A program made the position numbers and the translations under genes. From the NCBI RefSeq assembly GCF_009914755.1, contig NC_060932.1: a DNA stretch of 64,000 nt; one strand, given 5' to 3'. A model generated the notes under the pieces. It ran no database searches. It was not told the origin of the DNA and was given only the letters and a program-made list of their open reading frames with translations. This document shows, in pieces, positions 1-14,320 of this stretch. How positions within the stretch are numbered: position 1 is the first letter of the stretch; every line of letters starts with the position of its first letter. The stretch is from the human T2T-CHM13v2.0 reference genome, Homo sapiens.

Positions 1-55
1 AATGTTCACTATAATCTAATGTTTCCATCTAATGGAAAACAAGAAACATCAGAAT

Positions 56-112
56 TCACACACAGAGAGACAGAAACACACACACACACACACACCCCTG
101 TACACATACACA
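56..112. repeat. (CA)n-rich microsatellite
   Basis: ACACACAC... run at about 76-95 with degenerate CA/GA flanks. Confidence 0.85.
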
Positions 113-1873
113 GTCCCTTAAAAAATAAAATAGAAAAAGGAGTAATTTTAGTATAAGATACATATGACAATTTGAGATGTAGGACAGGAATTCTTTGATA
201 TTTTAAAGGCAGGGCTTTTTTAGAGAATGGAGGAAAGAAACAGGTCAACTGTGTTTCATGCATTAAACACATTTTAACGATTTGAAGCTGAGCTCTTCAG
301 GATTGAATGCTATTATGATTTATGTTCTAAGGTTGGAAAATTATTGCCTAAATGCAGCAAGAATATTGAAAAAGAAAAGAAATGCTAGAAAAATAAAATG
401 TAAAATATATAAATAGCAGAGTGGTAAATTTATATGTATTGACTATATCTAGCCTTAAGCTTAAAAAAAAAAACTAAAAAAGTAATGTTTTATAATCCAC
501 ATCTTTGCCCTGACAAATATGAATGCTAAATCAATTTTTTATTAATATTATTGACTTTCAGGGTTCATATGAGATGAAGCACTTTCAATAAATGTCAAAT
601 AAGTGTTATTTTAATGTATGTTCAAGTAAGTCAAATAAATGATACTATTCCACTTTGACCTTCTAGGGATCGAAATTACTATAAAGATGTTCCACATGTA
701 AAAAATTATGTCTAATTTACAGCTAACATTTCTGTGGTGGAAATGGGTATAAAAGCAAAGGAACTTACAACTAGGACACAGTAGTCCACCAGTGTCCAAG
801 TCAATTTGGTTAGGAATAAATGGTTGGAGTCTTCATAGTTAAAACCTTCCTTGCAATATCTTTGCTGTAAATGCTTTTAATAACTTCTAACACTCTTGTT
901 AGAGACACCTACATGGGAGGATAAATCCAACAAAGTCCACTCTTTAAAAATTAAATAAATCAACAAATAGGACAAATGGGTGAGAAATAGTAGGCTATGT
1001 AAATAATTCTAGTGAGAGACATTGCACATCTCTAAGCATATTTTTTAATTAATAAATAATTTTAAGATCTATTTTAAACAGTTCATGGGAAAGTTTTATA
1101 TGCAATCTCTTACAGAAAAATCATAAGAATAGTAGTTTACCGTACATATTAAGAGTTTATTCACTTAGACAACTCCAAGAGGTTCTCCTTGTTGCTCAGA
1201 GATGGTTGCATTGACAGAATACTTGTAACATTATCAGTTTTCTCTTGTGCCTTGCTCCAGTTCTTTACAATATCTAAAACCATGAATTCGGAGATTGATA
1301 GGGCTAATAAGGACTTTATAGATCAATTAGTCCAACCAGTTCAGGCTACAGTTAGAACAGTAATATGGAGAGATTTAGCCCCAAAGTAATATAGTTTTGG
1401 GAAAATGTAAAAAAAAAAATGAAAATAAACTAACCAGGTATCTGGCCAACTATTCTAGTGATATCAAGATATCACTAATTCTCTAGTGATTTTAAGATAA
1501 CCTCCATATCTATGCATTTATCATTGGAAGCTTTGGCATTGCTGAAAGGAAGAAACTGGTGAAATAAAAAGTTGTTGAAAGCAGTCAAACAGTAATTCCA
1601 CCACTTCCAGGGAAGGTTGATGATAATTAAATGCTAAGCTTAATGAGATATTAAATATTAAAGCTAAGCTTAGTGAGAAATTGACATGTTATTAATAGGA
1701 TGCTTAAGTCAGTTTAGAGGTTTTTACTACAAAGAAAACAATACAATTACACAATTAAGAAAAATAAGAATAAACATTCTATAAGACTAGTTTCCTAGTG
1801 TAAATAGTTTTAAAGAGCTAATTCTTACTATTTATAGGAGGGTTAAATAAGGTCAATTCAAAGCACAAAAACT

Positions 1874-2150
1874 GGCCAGGTGCAGTGGTTCTTACCTGTA
1901 ATTCCAGCACTTTGGGAGGCTGAGGCAGGAGGATCACCTGAGCCTGGGAATTGGAAACCAGCCTGGGCAACTACAAAAAAATTAAAAATTAGCCAGGCAT
2001 GGTGGTACCTCTCGGTACTCCTAGTTATTCGGGAGGCTGAGGTGGGAGCATTGCTCGAGCTCAGGATGTCCAGGATACTATGATCTATGGTTGTGCCACT
2101 GCATTCCACCCTCCATGACAGAGCGAGACCCTGTCTCAAAACAGACAAAA
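1874..2150 (+). mobile_element. Alu SINE, AluJ-like
   Basis: GGCCAGGTGCAGTGGTTCTTACCTGTAATTCCAGCACTTTGGGAGG start, dimeric structure, ends GAGACCCTGTCTCAAAA; GGAGGATCACCTGAGCC is J-type. Confidence 0.9.
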
Positions 2151-2671
2151 ATTATAACTTGAAAAACCTCAACAGTGTTTATAATTGTATTCCTTAAAAT
2201 GTGCCAACAAGCAGAAATGCGGCTTTTGAAAAAAAAAAAAAAAGAAAATAGATCACATAAATAATGGATGTAACTCAATGCACATACTATCACTATATGA
2301 ATATGTTGATGTAAAGTATTGAATCAAGGATTAAATTGAATGAAAACAAATATTTAAAATACATAACATGCTATATTTAATTATACATTGATTTTTATGA
2401 GCTTTACATGAAATATCAGAATAATTGTACTGGTTGTTAGAATAGAAATTTAACAGGCCTTTCCATTAGAAAACCTATTTTCTAAACACACCTGTTCAAC
2501 CGAATGTCATTGGCCAAAAAACCCTTGTGAAGATAAAGTAAGCATCTTTATTTTAGACAAAATTATAAAATAAAAGAGGAAATGTCAAACATACGAAGCC
2601 ACTTAGTTATTTACACTCAGTTACAGAAGGAAGAATGAGTTCAAATGAAGGCATAGAAAAAGAAACACTGT

Positions 2672-3128
<457 letters not shown>

Positions 3129-3426
3129 TTAGGACAGTGTCTCTCAGGAGGTTTTGAGAACACAAATTCGATGACAGAGGACAAGATTAAGTGTTATATC
3201 TTGGGCAGGAGCAATTTAATGACAGGTTCTCTATAGTTCTTTCATTTCAGAGATAACATATTGACCAATATATTGACACTTTAATTTAGTGTCACTCAGT
3301 GATTATGCTCCCAATACTGCCAAATTTAAATTCAGATTGGCATTATGCAACACATCAATATTTTATATATGTTCAATAGTGTCAAGGCACAACTCCAAAT
3401 TCACATTAAGATTAAAGTCACATGCA

Positions 3427-3669
3427 GTTTTAGGAAAATAGCTTAAGTCTGTTATAGATGTTTGTAGTTGAAATTTTTTTAAGGGAAGATTGCAAACTTA
3501 TTTTGTAGAAGGAATCTTTAATATGGAAGAATAATTAAATGTGTTTATGTGTTTAGGAAAATATTTTAAGCCTGTAATAGATGTTCTTAGCTGAAATTTT
3601 TTAAAGGGAAGATTGCAAACATTTAATTGAAGGAATCTTAAATATGGCAGAACAATTAAATGTGTTTAT
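3427..3669. repeat. Two-copy direct tandem duplication, unit about 123 bp
   Basis: TTTAGGAAAATA...AAGGGAAGATTGCAAAC...GAAGGAATCTT...AATTAAATGTGTTTAT occurs at 3427 and again at 3551. Confidence 0.9.
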
Positions 3670-5299
3670 ATCTTAGTTATAAAAACAGTGTAGCCAAGAG
3701 TGCATGTAGGCTGTAATGTTTATATTTTATCTCTTGTAATAAGAATCAGAAACTAAGAATTCTTTGATATTTAGTATATCATTTTGCCATAGTGTTAAAG
3801 TTATATTCAAAGAATATTCTATATGAACAATAACTATGATGTCTATATTATAGCCATTCCTTGAGAAATAACATATTTCAATCTGGAGTAGAAAATGTGC
3901 TTGAGTGCTAAGGTGAAAGAATTATAGATTTCTTCAGTTCAAAGGGAAAAAAACTCTCTGTAAATGTCTCAGTCCTTATGCATTTGAACATTAACAGCAG
4001 CAAAAGCAATAATAATTTGTTACTTTTGTGCTTGACATACTTATTTTTAAATGATAAAAAGTTACTGGTGACAACAGAATGAAAATATATAACTATAAAA
4101 TATATATTGTATACACGTTTTACTCTAAGTTATATTTAAAATACTAAGTTAAACTTTTTATTTTCTCAAATGAAAAATGTAGGGCTATTTTGATTAAAGT
4201 TAAGCTAATTATCTGATTATATTTTATTTTAATCAATGAGAATAATGAAAGATTACATAATTATTGTTAAAGACATGCAAAATAATGGAGCATAGCTAGT
4301 CTTAACTAATATTAATTAAATGCTCTGTAATGATTTATTTACATTATTGTTCAAAATTAGAAATATTAATAATGTATTATGTCAGCATTAAAAAGTTTTA
4401 CCTCAAAAAAGAGAGTCATGAAAGGGCAACTTAAAACTATTAGGAAGAACCACATAATATTGCATAGGCTTCGAGTAGATAGCAAAAATAAAAAGGCTTA
4501 AAACAAGTTAGTTCTATCTCCTGATTTCTACTTTTAAGTAAATGACAACATCACTATCTGTTTACATTGAAGCTATAATAAGAAATTAATATGGAATATT
4601 TTCTTTCCTTGTCCTAATTCAGCCTGATATTATTTTATAAAGGTTTTACATGTAAAAATTTTTAAGGTTTGCATTAGCTTTATGAGTTACCGTAATGCCA
4701 CTGAAAATGTTACTACTCCCATATGTATCATGTCATACAGTCATTTCCCCACTTTATTTTTATTGCCCTACACTCTCGTTCATACTCTCCTTTTGCCTTG
4801 GGATTATTGGGTTAACTCTGCCTATAATTTCTGATCCTTGCCTATATGAAAATCAATGAGTCCCATACATTATTACTAATATAATCATTCATGAATATAA
4901 TTTTGATCATGTCATTGTTCTTAGAAATATTTTCAAAATTTTTTTGTCCACCAGTATAATAACCCATAACCTATTTTATATCTATTTCCCAAATGTATCA
5001 TATGATATCCTAAGATATAGGAGTAATAATTCTATAGGAATAAAAACCTATATACATAGAAATTCTATGATAGATAATTCAATGACATATAAATAATAGC
5101 TTATGATAACAAAATATAAATAATAATAATATTTTATTGCAAATAATATACTGTTCTCCTGAGCTGTAAACATTTCATGCCTTGGTTTTGTTGTTCTTTT
5201 GCCTAGTTCAGACTCCTGCCTCACAACCGTAAAATTTTCTAAGATGTTCTGCAGCTAATATGGAGTACTAAGTTAAAAACAAGTGATCATTTTCTTAGA

Positions 5300-7520
5300 T
5301 AACAACTATAAACTATACCAAGTGCAAAAATCAATACTGCTGGATGATTCTAATGAGTGAATAAAAGCAGGCAGATTTTGGAGGGTTCTCAAAACATGTA
5401 ACAAATCATCATAAAATAAATTTCCCATTTTTGTGTCTTTGCTTTGGAGGAAGACATGGTTACATCAGTTATGTCATAGAACAACTAAAACTCTAAGAGA
5501 AAGCTCACCACCCTCTGTCGAGAGATACCAGGGAAGGAGCTGGAACAACTGGGACCACCTGAGATTGAGGAAGGCAGCCTGGCAAAAATAGGGCCAAGAA
5601 GAGGAAAGCTAAATTCCGTGCATAAATGTTATTCAAATTTCTGGTAACTTACGAACCAGATGAGTATGAAGCAGATTTAAAGCAATATCAACTGAGGTCT
5701 GAGCCACAGTCCACTGCAAGTATGACACAATTTGAAGTCTGAATCTAGCGAAGTTAATTGTCACCAAAAACATAAACGTCAACATTGTTTGGAGTACTAT
5801 AATAGAATCTTAAGTCTCCACAATATAACATCCAGTGTAATCTAAAACTACTCCATATATGAAGAATCAGAAAACTTGAACTTTTCTCAAGGGAAAAGAA
5901 CAGAGTTCAGTCTCAAAATAACACAGATGATGAAATGATGAGATTATTAAGTTTGGATATTATAGCAACCATTGTAACTATGTTCAGTGTGTTTAAAGGA
6001 AGATAGACTATTACAAATGAAAATGTAGGAAATTCCAGCATATAAATAACACACACACATACACACACACAACACATTAGAACTGAAAAGTTAAATATCT
6101 GAAATTTTAAAATTTGTCATAGGGACTTAATAGAGGACTGAAGATATTAGAGTAAAATGTCAATGAACTTGAAGACAGAACAATAAAAATTATCCAACTT
6201 TAAGAAGAGAGAAAAACAAGATATAATAAAGAATGTGAACTGAACCTCAGGGCCATGTGGAATAATATCAAACATGAAACATAAAGGTCATTGGATTCCC
6301 AGAAAGAGAGGAGAGATAGGATGTAGGAGAATAGTATTGGAAGAAATAATTGCTCTAAACTTCTCAAATGTGAAAGACCAAAAAAAAAAAAAAAAAAAAA
6401 TTAAAGATTCAAAAAGTTAGCTAACCCCCTAAAAGGATAATTACAAAATCTATTTCAGGCATGAACACAGACTAGTTAAACTCTTGAAAAAGGAAAACAA
6501 AGAAAATATCTCAAAAAAAACAGCTGTAGAAATATTCTACATGATTTAGAGAAAAACAGCAATTTGATCATCATTTTCTCATTAAGAGCAATGAAGGCTA
6601 GAAGACAGTCGAATAACAAATTTCAAATGCTGAGAAAAAAACAACAACCTGTAAACCATGATTTTGATATATAGAAAAAATATAGTGCCTAGCAATAAAC
6701 TAGAAAACATTTAGCAATGAAAACCTAATTTATTATAACCTATAATTTGATGATGTTACTTTAACATACAGTTTTCTATCAGGGATTAAGTAGACAAGTA
6801 AAAGAGATCACAAAGAATTTTAAACCAACCAAAAGGCAAAATAATTGATAAATATAAAATTTTTACTTATACAAACAAATGTCTCCAAGTGTTCATAGAG
6901 CACTACAAAATATTGTCCCAATCTAGTGTACAAGGAAAAGGAGTTAGCTTATGAAATTAACAGATGTATTGAAAACAGAAATAAAGCAACAAATCTAACA
7001 AAATTATAAGTTAATGTTAATTTACTAGTAATTAAAAATAGAATTTTAATGAAAGAAATAAAAGAAGCACTAATTAATAATTAAAATGCATAGAAAAACT
7101 TGGGAAATTAAATACATGATCAATAATAAAAATATACAACAATGGAATTGATAATTAAGACAAAATGTTTTAAAAATTAAAATTGGAATAATTACTTAAA
7201 AAGTAAACAATTATTAAATATCAAATCCATTCTACTGGAATTGGAAATCTGAGTAAATTAATGGTTATAAAAAATGTAATTATTCATAAATTGTCATAAG
7301 TGAAATTATCATCTCTCATAATATATTATAAAAACATTATAATTGATATAAGAAGAGACAGTGAACTTCATAGATCAACCAAAATGGAAGAGATACAAAA
7401 ATGAATTCTGGCAAAATACCACATCCAGAAGTTGTATTGAAGGATTGTACCAAACGGTTTCACAGAATAAATTAGTCCCATGCTACACAAATTATTTCAG
7501 TGCACAGAAAAAGATAAAAA
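5300..7520 (+). mobile_element. Ancient L1M (L1MC/ME-type) remnant: 5' region, ORF1 and ORF2 pieces
   Basis: A-rich sense strand; ORF1-like CAATGAACTTGAAGACAGAACAATAAAAATTATCCAA and GGATTCCCAGAAAGAGAGGAGAGA; boundaries approximate. Confidence 0.6.
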
Positions 7521-7906
7521 CTTCTTTGCAAAGAGCTAGTGAAGAGTTCACATGGGGGACATGTCTGGACCACCAGTCTCTCAGGCACAGTCATCCAGGT
7601 GAGTTGCATGTGTTCAGATAAAAAATACTAAAGTTAAATTAGCACCTTATCACAGTAAACGTGTTCTGATACCTATTGTTACAGAATCGCAGGTCCAAGA
7701 AAGTTCTTATTAGATGAAATCCTGTAATGTATTTGTGCTAAATGATTGGTAAGTAAACAGCTTCAGTGAAACTACTTTTAAGTGAAAAAGTTGAAATCCA
7801 CATCCACTTTCCAAAGTACTGAATTATATATGAAATATTTAACGGAATGTGAAAATAATCCGAAGCTATCCATCAAGACCAACAATATCTGCCAGGCTTG
7901 AGGTAA

Positions 7907-8131
<225 letters not shown>

Positions 8132-8304
8132 TAACTAATAAAGCCTATGGATCAGGGAGTTCATGTGGAGGTCATGCCTAGATTCTGAAACTGTAACCCA
8201 TACTCTAACTCATAGATGTAAATAAGATTGAACATGTACAGCAATGTGAATGAGTTCACAAGTGAATATTATATTGATAAATACCACAGTGAGTCAAACC
8301 CTAA

Positions 8305-8655
8305 GACAATACAGTTGCCACTAGCCACAAGTGGCTATGGAGCACTTAACATGCAGTTAGTCTAAATTAAGATGTGCAATATGTATAAAATACACACTGC
8401 TTTTGAAGGCTAACGAAGGAAGGAGGGAAGGAAGGAAGGTGGGAGAAAAAGAAAGGAAGGAAGAAAAGGGACGGAGGGAAAGAAGAAAATAAAATTTCAT
8501 TAATAATTTGTATATTAATTACATATTAAAATGTTTTTTGTTATATCAGTATAAACAAAGTACATTGCTAAAATTAATTTCACTGTTTTATGTTGCTACT
8601 AGACAAATTAAAATTAGGAAAATGGCTCTCAATATACTTCTGTTGAACAGTAGTG
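8305..8655 (-). mobile_element. MER33-like hAT-Charlie DNA transposon with internal (GGAA)n expansion
   Basis: GCCACTAGCCACAAGTGGCTATGGAGCACTT...AAAATTAATTTCAC...GCTACTAGA...CTGTTGAACAG matches the reverse complement of MER33; purine repeat at about 8416-8490. Confidence 0.75.
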
Positions 8656-9079
8656 TCTCAGAAACATTTGTCTTTAAGTCAGATTTCCTTAGGGTTTCTC
8701 ATGTTTCTCCAGATATTCTGGCTGCCTCATCCACATCTGGTTTGCATGCTATACACAGACTATCTTTTTAGAGACTTATCTCTGCACTGATTTTCCACTT
8801 TTTTAAATCTTACTATGTAATTTATTGACTAAATTAATAAATGTGTAATTTGTATGAGCTCCGACCAACACTATCCATATACATCCAATATGCCCTAGTA
8901 ACAAAACGCATATCAAACAAACAAAATCCCAATTTAAGACACTGAACCAGATTTAGTAAAGGTCACTATTTTTTTAAAAAAGTTAAGTAAAATATTAACA
9001 TATATAATTTGGTCATTTAACAAAAGACCTACCAAGTATTTACTTGGTAATTTACTTAACTTCTTTTATAGGACCAACT

Positions 9080-9950
9080 TATCTATTATTGGAAAGATGA
9101 TTATGTCAGGAAACCCATTGAAAGTATGAAAGCGTATTGCAATTAAGAAATCAATGGGAAAACTATTTGAAGTTTTATCGTATCATTATTTTTGAGAAAG
9201 ATATAAAATCATTATATATTTCCTCATAAATATATTTATAGACAATATTTTTTCTTTAACAAAAGGGTATTAATGTATTAAAAACTGAAGAAATAGATGT
9301 CTCCATAACATTAAGAATAAGACAAAAACATCCTGTTTCTCAGTTAATAATTGACAAAATTTTAGTCATAATTGCCAGTTATATAAGAGAGGACATAGAA
9401 ATCAGATAAAAAGTAAGATTCAAGTAGGGAAAAATCACTGTTCCTTGTGGATAACATAATGAAGAAATATTTTAGGATAAATCATATTCAAGGGTGACTA
9501 TATATAAGTTAAATATACAAATATCAATAATTGTTCTAGATTTTGACAATTACTGGTCCTATTTCTCACAATAAAATATTAGTATACAGGAATGACTTTA
9601 GAAGTTAAGTGCTTTGAGGAAAAAACTAAAGCTAAAAATAAAAGAAAAAGGGAATACTGCCTATATATATGTGTGTGTGTATGTGTGTGTATGTGTATGT
9701 GTGTATTTTTGATAAATAAAAAGAAGTGTCTACTTAGTAGAAATACATTATAATGTAAATATATAAATTCCTTCCAAAGTAATTTGTATATTGATGAAGA
9801 TCTAATAAAAAATTTATTTGTCTTATTTTTAGCTGATTCTAAGATTCCTCTGGCAGAATAAATGGAGGCACTAGCCAAAATAAATATGACATTGAAAAGA
9901 ATTAAGCAGAGATTTTCCTTACCAGATGTCAAAACACAAAGCCACAGTAG
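9080..9950 (+). mobile_element. Ancient L1ME-type ORF2 remnant
   Basis: TTAAGAATAAGACAAAAACATCC, AAGTTAAATATACAAATATCAATA and GCCAAAATAAAT...TTGAAAAGA...CCTTACCAGATGTCAAAAC resemble degraded L1 ORF2. Confidence 0.5.
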
Positions 9951-9964
9951 TTAATTGGGTTTGT

Positions 9965-10375
9965 CTGGCAGAGATGCCCATTTTTGTGTCCAAAGTTTAT
10001 TTTCTTTAGTACAAAGAGTTTTACTTAGGTACATGGTTGTTCAGCTTAGTTTGCATTTCACATCTCTTCTGGCTACATGTGTCTTTGTGACTAGTTTCTG
10101 GCCAATGAGTTTTAAGCAGCAGTGATAATGTACAGTTTCTGGGTTGTGGCCTTCAAAGACAGGAAGCTTGGCAGCTCTTTTTTGAAATGGTTGTCTTGTA
10201 CTATTGGTGTGAAGCTGTTTGCCTGGGATAGCAGAGCAATGAAATGAAGCACCTGGGTTCCCAATACCACGAAAATTTCACATCAGGACTATTACGCGAG
10301 AGTAACAAATATCCCTATTCTAAAAATCACTATTTGGCCTTTATTAATTGATGCAGTATCCTAATTAATGCAGTA
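9965..10375 (+). mobile_element. MLT1-type (ERVL-MaLR) solo LTR, old
   Basis: TGTGACTAGTTTCTGGCCAATGAG...AAGCAGCAGTGAT is a characteristic MLT1 motif; ends ATCCTAATTAATGCA. Confidence 0.6.
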
Positions 10376-11397
10376 TAACTCATTAAAAATGTTCTGATAA
10401 ATAAAATAGGTTTCTGCAAGAATTTTGTAATGATAGTCACATACCAGTGAGATATTTTTAAAACAAGCTACTTGTGAAAACTAAAAAGTTGAGTCTGTAC
10501 ATCATATCACCAAATAAATTGAGACAATCAAAAAGTTAGAGGTAAAATATAAAACAAGTAAAACAAAAGATAGCAAAGATTCTTCAGCCTGTCAACTGAA
10601 GATTTTTTAAAATATAATAGATGGAATTAAATAATACATTTGGTATGTATAACTTCATAAAAATTTAAAACTTGGTATGTAAAAGATCATATGCAAAATT
10701 AAGGGTCAAAGAAAATACAAATGTCCAAGCAGTTCTAGTATTTTAAAATTATAAAAATAATTTTTGTTATGCTGAAACTTACCTAGAAAGAGTTGGAATA
10801 CATATGAAAGTCACCATTTATAGAAATTTCAAAGATATATTTTGGCCATTCTAAAAAATATTTGTTTTAGAACAAACAAGTTATTCACATTAAGGATCAT
10901 ATGAAAATATTGAAATATGAAAACAGAGAGGGAAGAAGATGATGAGCTTCATGTTTACTCATGGAATATGAAAACCACCCATTATGACTTTTAGTTAATA
11001 AATTATTATGCAAGGATAGAAATGGAAAGAACATCAAGATGATTGTTCTGAGAGAAAAAATCATGGAAATGTATGTGTAGTCTATATTTGCTGCATATAT
11101 TGTGTGATAAACTTTATTTACATAAATAACAATTCACATGCATGTATTTCATTTTACCATTTAGCTTTTAGTATTTCTGTAGATGTTTTTTAAATCTCCT
11201 GGCATATTTTTAAAAATTCAACTTGTATAAAACCTTATTATTTTCCCACCAGTATGCTAAGTCTTCACATTTAAGCTAGTCCAAGAAAGATTGTAAAATA
11301 ACCTTTTGCCTGATTTACAGAATAGAAAAGTTTGCTTAGCTCCAAGTTATTTATTAATATTTTCCATTTACTCAAAACTAGAAAATAGCTGAACTTA

Positions 11398-11748
<351 letters not shown>

Positions 11749-12177
11749 TTATGTCTATCTATATTATAAGTAGCAAAACTCTTTGAGTGAAATCGTCAAT
11801 ATTTCCCCAAATACTAAGAAATGCCAAATACCTAAAGTACTTTCAATGCCACAGTGTTAAAAAACTTATCTTTTACAGTTAAAGCTAGGTGAGAGCAAAT
11901 GTGTTGCTTTTTCAAAAGGACACAGAAAGATTATCAGGGAGTAGCACTTTGTTTTCACTAGGAAACACCTGAGATCAGACTCAGAGAGCTAATGCAGACC
12001 ATGAGACTATAAATACGAGTTAATATATAACCTCTTCTTTAACCAATGTCTACTTTGTTCCCTGTTCAAAAAGTGTTTGATGAGTAAGTAGACAACAGAA
12101 GAAAGGGCAGGAAGGAATAAGCAAGGGGCAAAGGGAGGGAGAAGGGTGAGAATTTTTTGAAGGACAACATTTGAATA

Positions 12178-12873
12178 TAGTAGTCCCTAATTATTTGCAG
12201 TTTCATTTTCCATGGTTTCAGTTACCTGTGATCAGTGGAGTTCCAAAATCATTAAATAGAAAATTCCAGAAATAAACAATTCATAAGTTTAAAAACATCT
12301 CTCACTGTACCCCTCCATCCCACTTGACACATGAATAATCTCTTTGTCCAGGGTACCCACACTATCTAAACTACCAACCATTAGTCAGTCATTGATTGAT
12401 AGTCAACCACCTCAGGCATCAGAATGACTGTGGCAGTATTGCAGTGCTCGTATTCAAATAACCGGTATTTTATTTTATAATGACCTCAAAGTGCAAGAGT
12501 AGTGATACTGGCAATTTGGATATGCCAAAGAGAAGCTGCAAAGTGCTTCCTTTAAGTGAAAAGGCAAAAGTTCTCAATTTAATAAGGAAAAAAATTGTAT
12601 ACTGAGGGGTCTAAGATCTGCAGTACAGTAAGATATTTTGAGAGGCCACATTTACGTAAGTTTTATTACAGTATGGTGTTATATTTTTTCTATGTCATTA
12701 TTATTGTTGTTAATCTCTTACTGTGCCTAATTAACAAATTCAGCTTTAGCCCAGGTATGTATGTTTGGGAAAAAAATATAGCATAGCATAAATAGGGTTT
12801 GGTCCTACCTACAGTTTCAGGCATCCACTGAGGGTCTTGGAACATATCCCCCAGGGATAATGGGGGACCACTG
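12178..12873 (+). mobile_element. MER44 (Tigger7-derived TcMar non-autonomous DNA transposon)
   Basis: Termini TAGTAGTCCCTAATTAT... and ...GGATAATGGGGGACCACTG are degenerate inverted repeats; internal GGTTTCAGTTACC and CAGGCATCCACTGAGGGTCTTGGAAC match MER44. Confidence 0.85.
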
Positions 12874-14000
12874 TCATAAGAAAATAAATGAATTTAACAT
12901 TAGCTCTATTTTTAACATTAATAACTGGCAACACTAGTAACGGGCCATGCCATAGGGACCTATCTTTGCTTGTTTAATGAGAAAGCATTAAAGCTGTGTG
13001 GTAGAAAAACGCAGAACCTAACTTTTCATATTCTCCTAGATAGGCATCTAGATTACTTATAGTTCGTTTCAGAATATAACATCATTTACCTCAGGGAGAA
13101 ACCTTTTGAGTTAATACAAAATGTAATATTATTTTTCTTTAAAGTAAATTTCAAGCTTCATGGAATTGTCAGAGAGATAACAGAGGACACAAATAATTCA
13201 AGAAAATATAATGATGTGATCCACAATTTCTTATAAATGTGCATATTTCTTGGAAAACTCTGAGCAAAAACATAAATCAAAGCCAGTGTTCATTAGCAAG
13301 GATTTTCTTGTATCATCCTATTATTGTTTCTTTGAACATTATTCTACTAATTAACAGCACTTCTACCTAGATGTTAATAATGTGTGAAAAAAGTCTTAGG
13401 CCTATTGTTTAACTTCTTAGAAACACGTTATTTAAAATTTTATTTCAGCTAGTTATTTCCACTAATTACAATCTCTCAACATTCTGATACAATTTATATT
13501 TGCTTACAAACATGTAAAGGCATTCATTGAATATTCTCCAAGACTGCTAGTAATTTGCTTGTATAATATATCTACATGATGAGTTGGGAGAGTCTACAAT
13601 TTATTCGCCACCACTTCTTTTCTTTTAGGTGTGGTTTAAAATCCGTCAGTCTTTCTTGTAATGCAAATCTGCAAAGACAAAAAGATATTTTCTGTTTAAA
13701 ATAGTGCTGACTGTACTGCAAATAATTCATGCTTTCTAACTGTCAAATTCTCTTTTGTAAATAATTATGTATTTTTTAACCATTAAAAAAGATTATAAGG
13801 CATGCCGTATTATATCATATTATTGGTTTACCCAGAAGAGTGCATGGATTTTATCAGTGATTCAGTGTATGTTTACAGAGGATACAGTTGGCACTCAAGA
13901 TAGCAAAATCAATATGAAAGGGAAGTTCATGGAAAAAAAAGAGAACAATTTTTTACTTGCAATATAATAAAAGTCAGAACTTACACTACTTATTTTCAGG

Positions 14001-14054
14001 CATATCTCATGAGAATCACATATCTCATGTGATATGTGATTCTCATGTGATATG
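14001..14054. repeat. 54-bp near-perfect palindrome
   Basis: CATATCTCATGAGAATCACATATC-TCATGT-GATATGTGATTCTCATGTGATATG; 24-bp arms with 1 mismatch. Confidence 0.9.
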
Positions 14055-14200
14055 AATTCACAACCACTCAATTAAATTACTTCACTGTTGGGTGGATAAT
14101 AAATAAATATCTTGCCCATGATCACAGAGTGAATGTAAGGTAGAGGTAGAACTGAGATTCAAACCTTTATTTATCAGATTTCATACCCCTACTCCCACAT
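14055..14200 (-). mobile_element. MIR fragment
   Basis: CTTGCCCATGATCACA...GTAGAACTGAGATTCAAACC is the MIR core in reverse orientation. Confidence 0.55.
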
Positions 14201-14208
14201 ATATGGCT

Positions 14209-14209
<1 letters not shown>

Positions 14210-14280
<71 letters not shown>

Positions 14281-14320
14281 ACACATATACATATATATAT
14301 ATACACATATACATATACAT
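14210..14320. repeat. Compound microsatellite (CA)n(TATC)n(TA/CA)n
   Basis: Seen directly. Confidence 0.95.

Noticed and set aside
13629-13661. Acceptor followed by VWFKIRQSFL*, resembling the PRD-class homeobox exon start (Q|VWFKNRR)
   Set aside because: The invariant Asn51 is absent, a stop follows within 10 codons, and no upstream helix 1-2 exon was found; probably chance.
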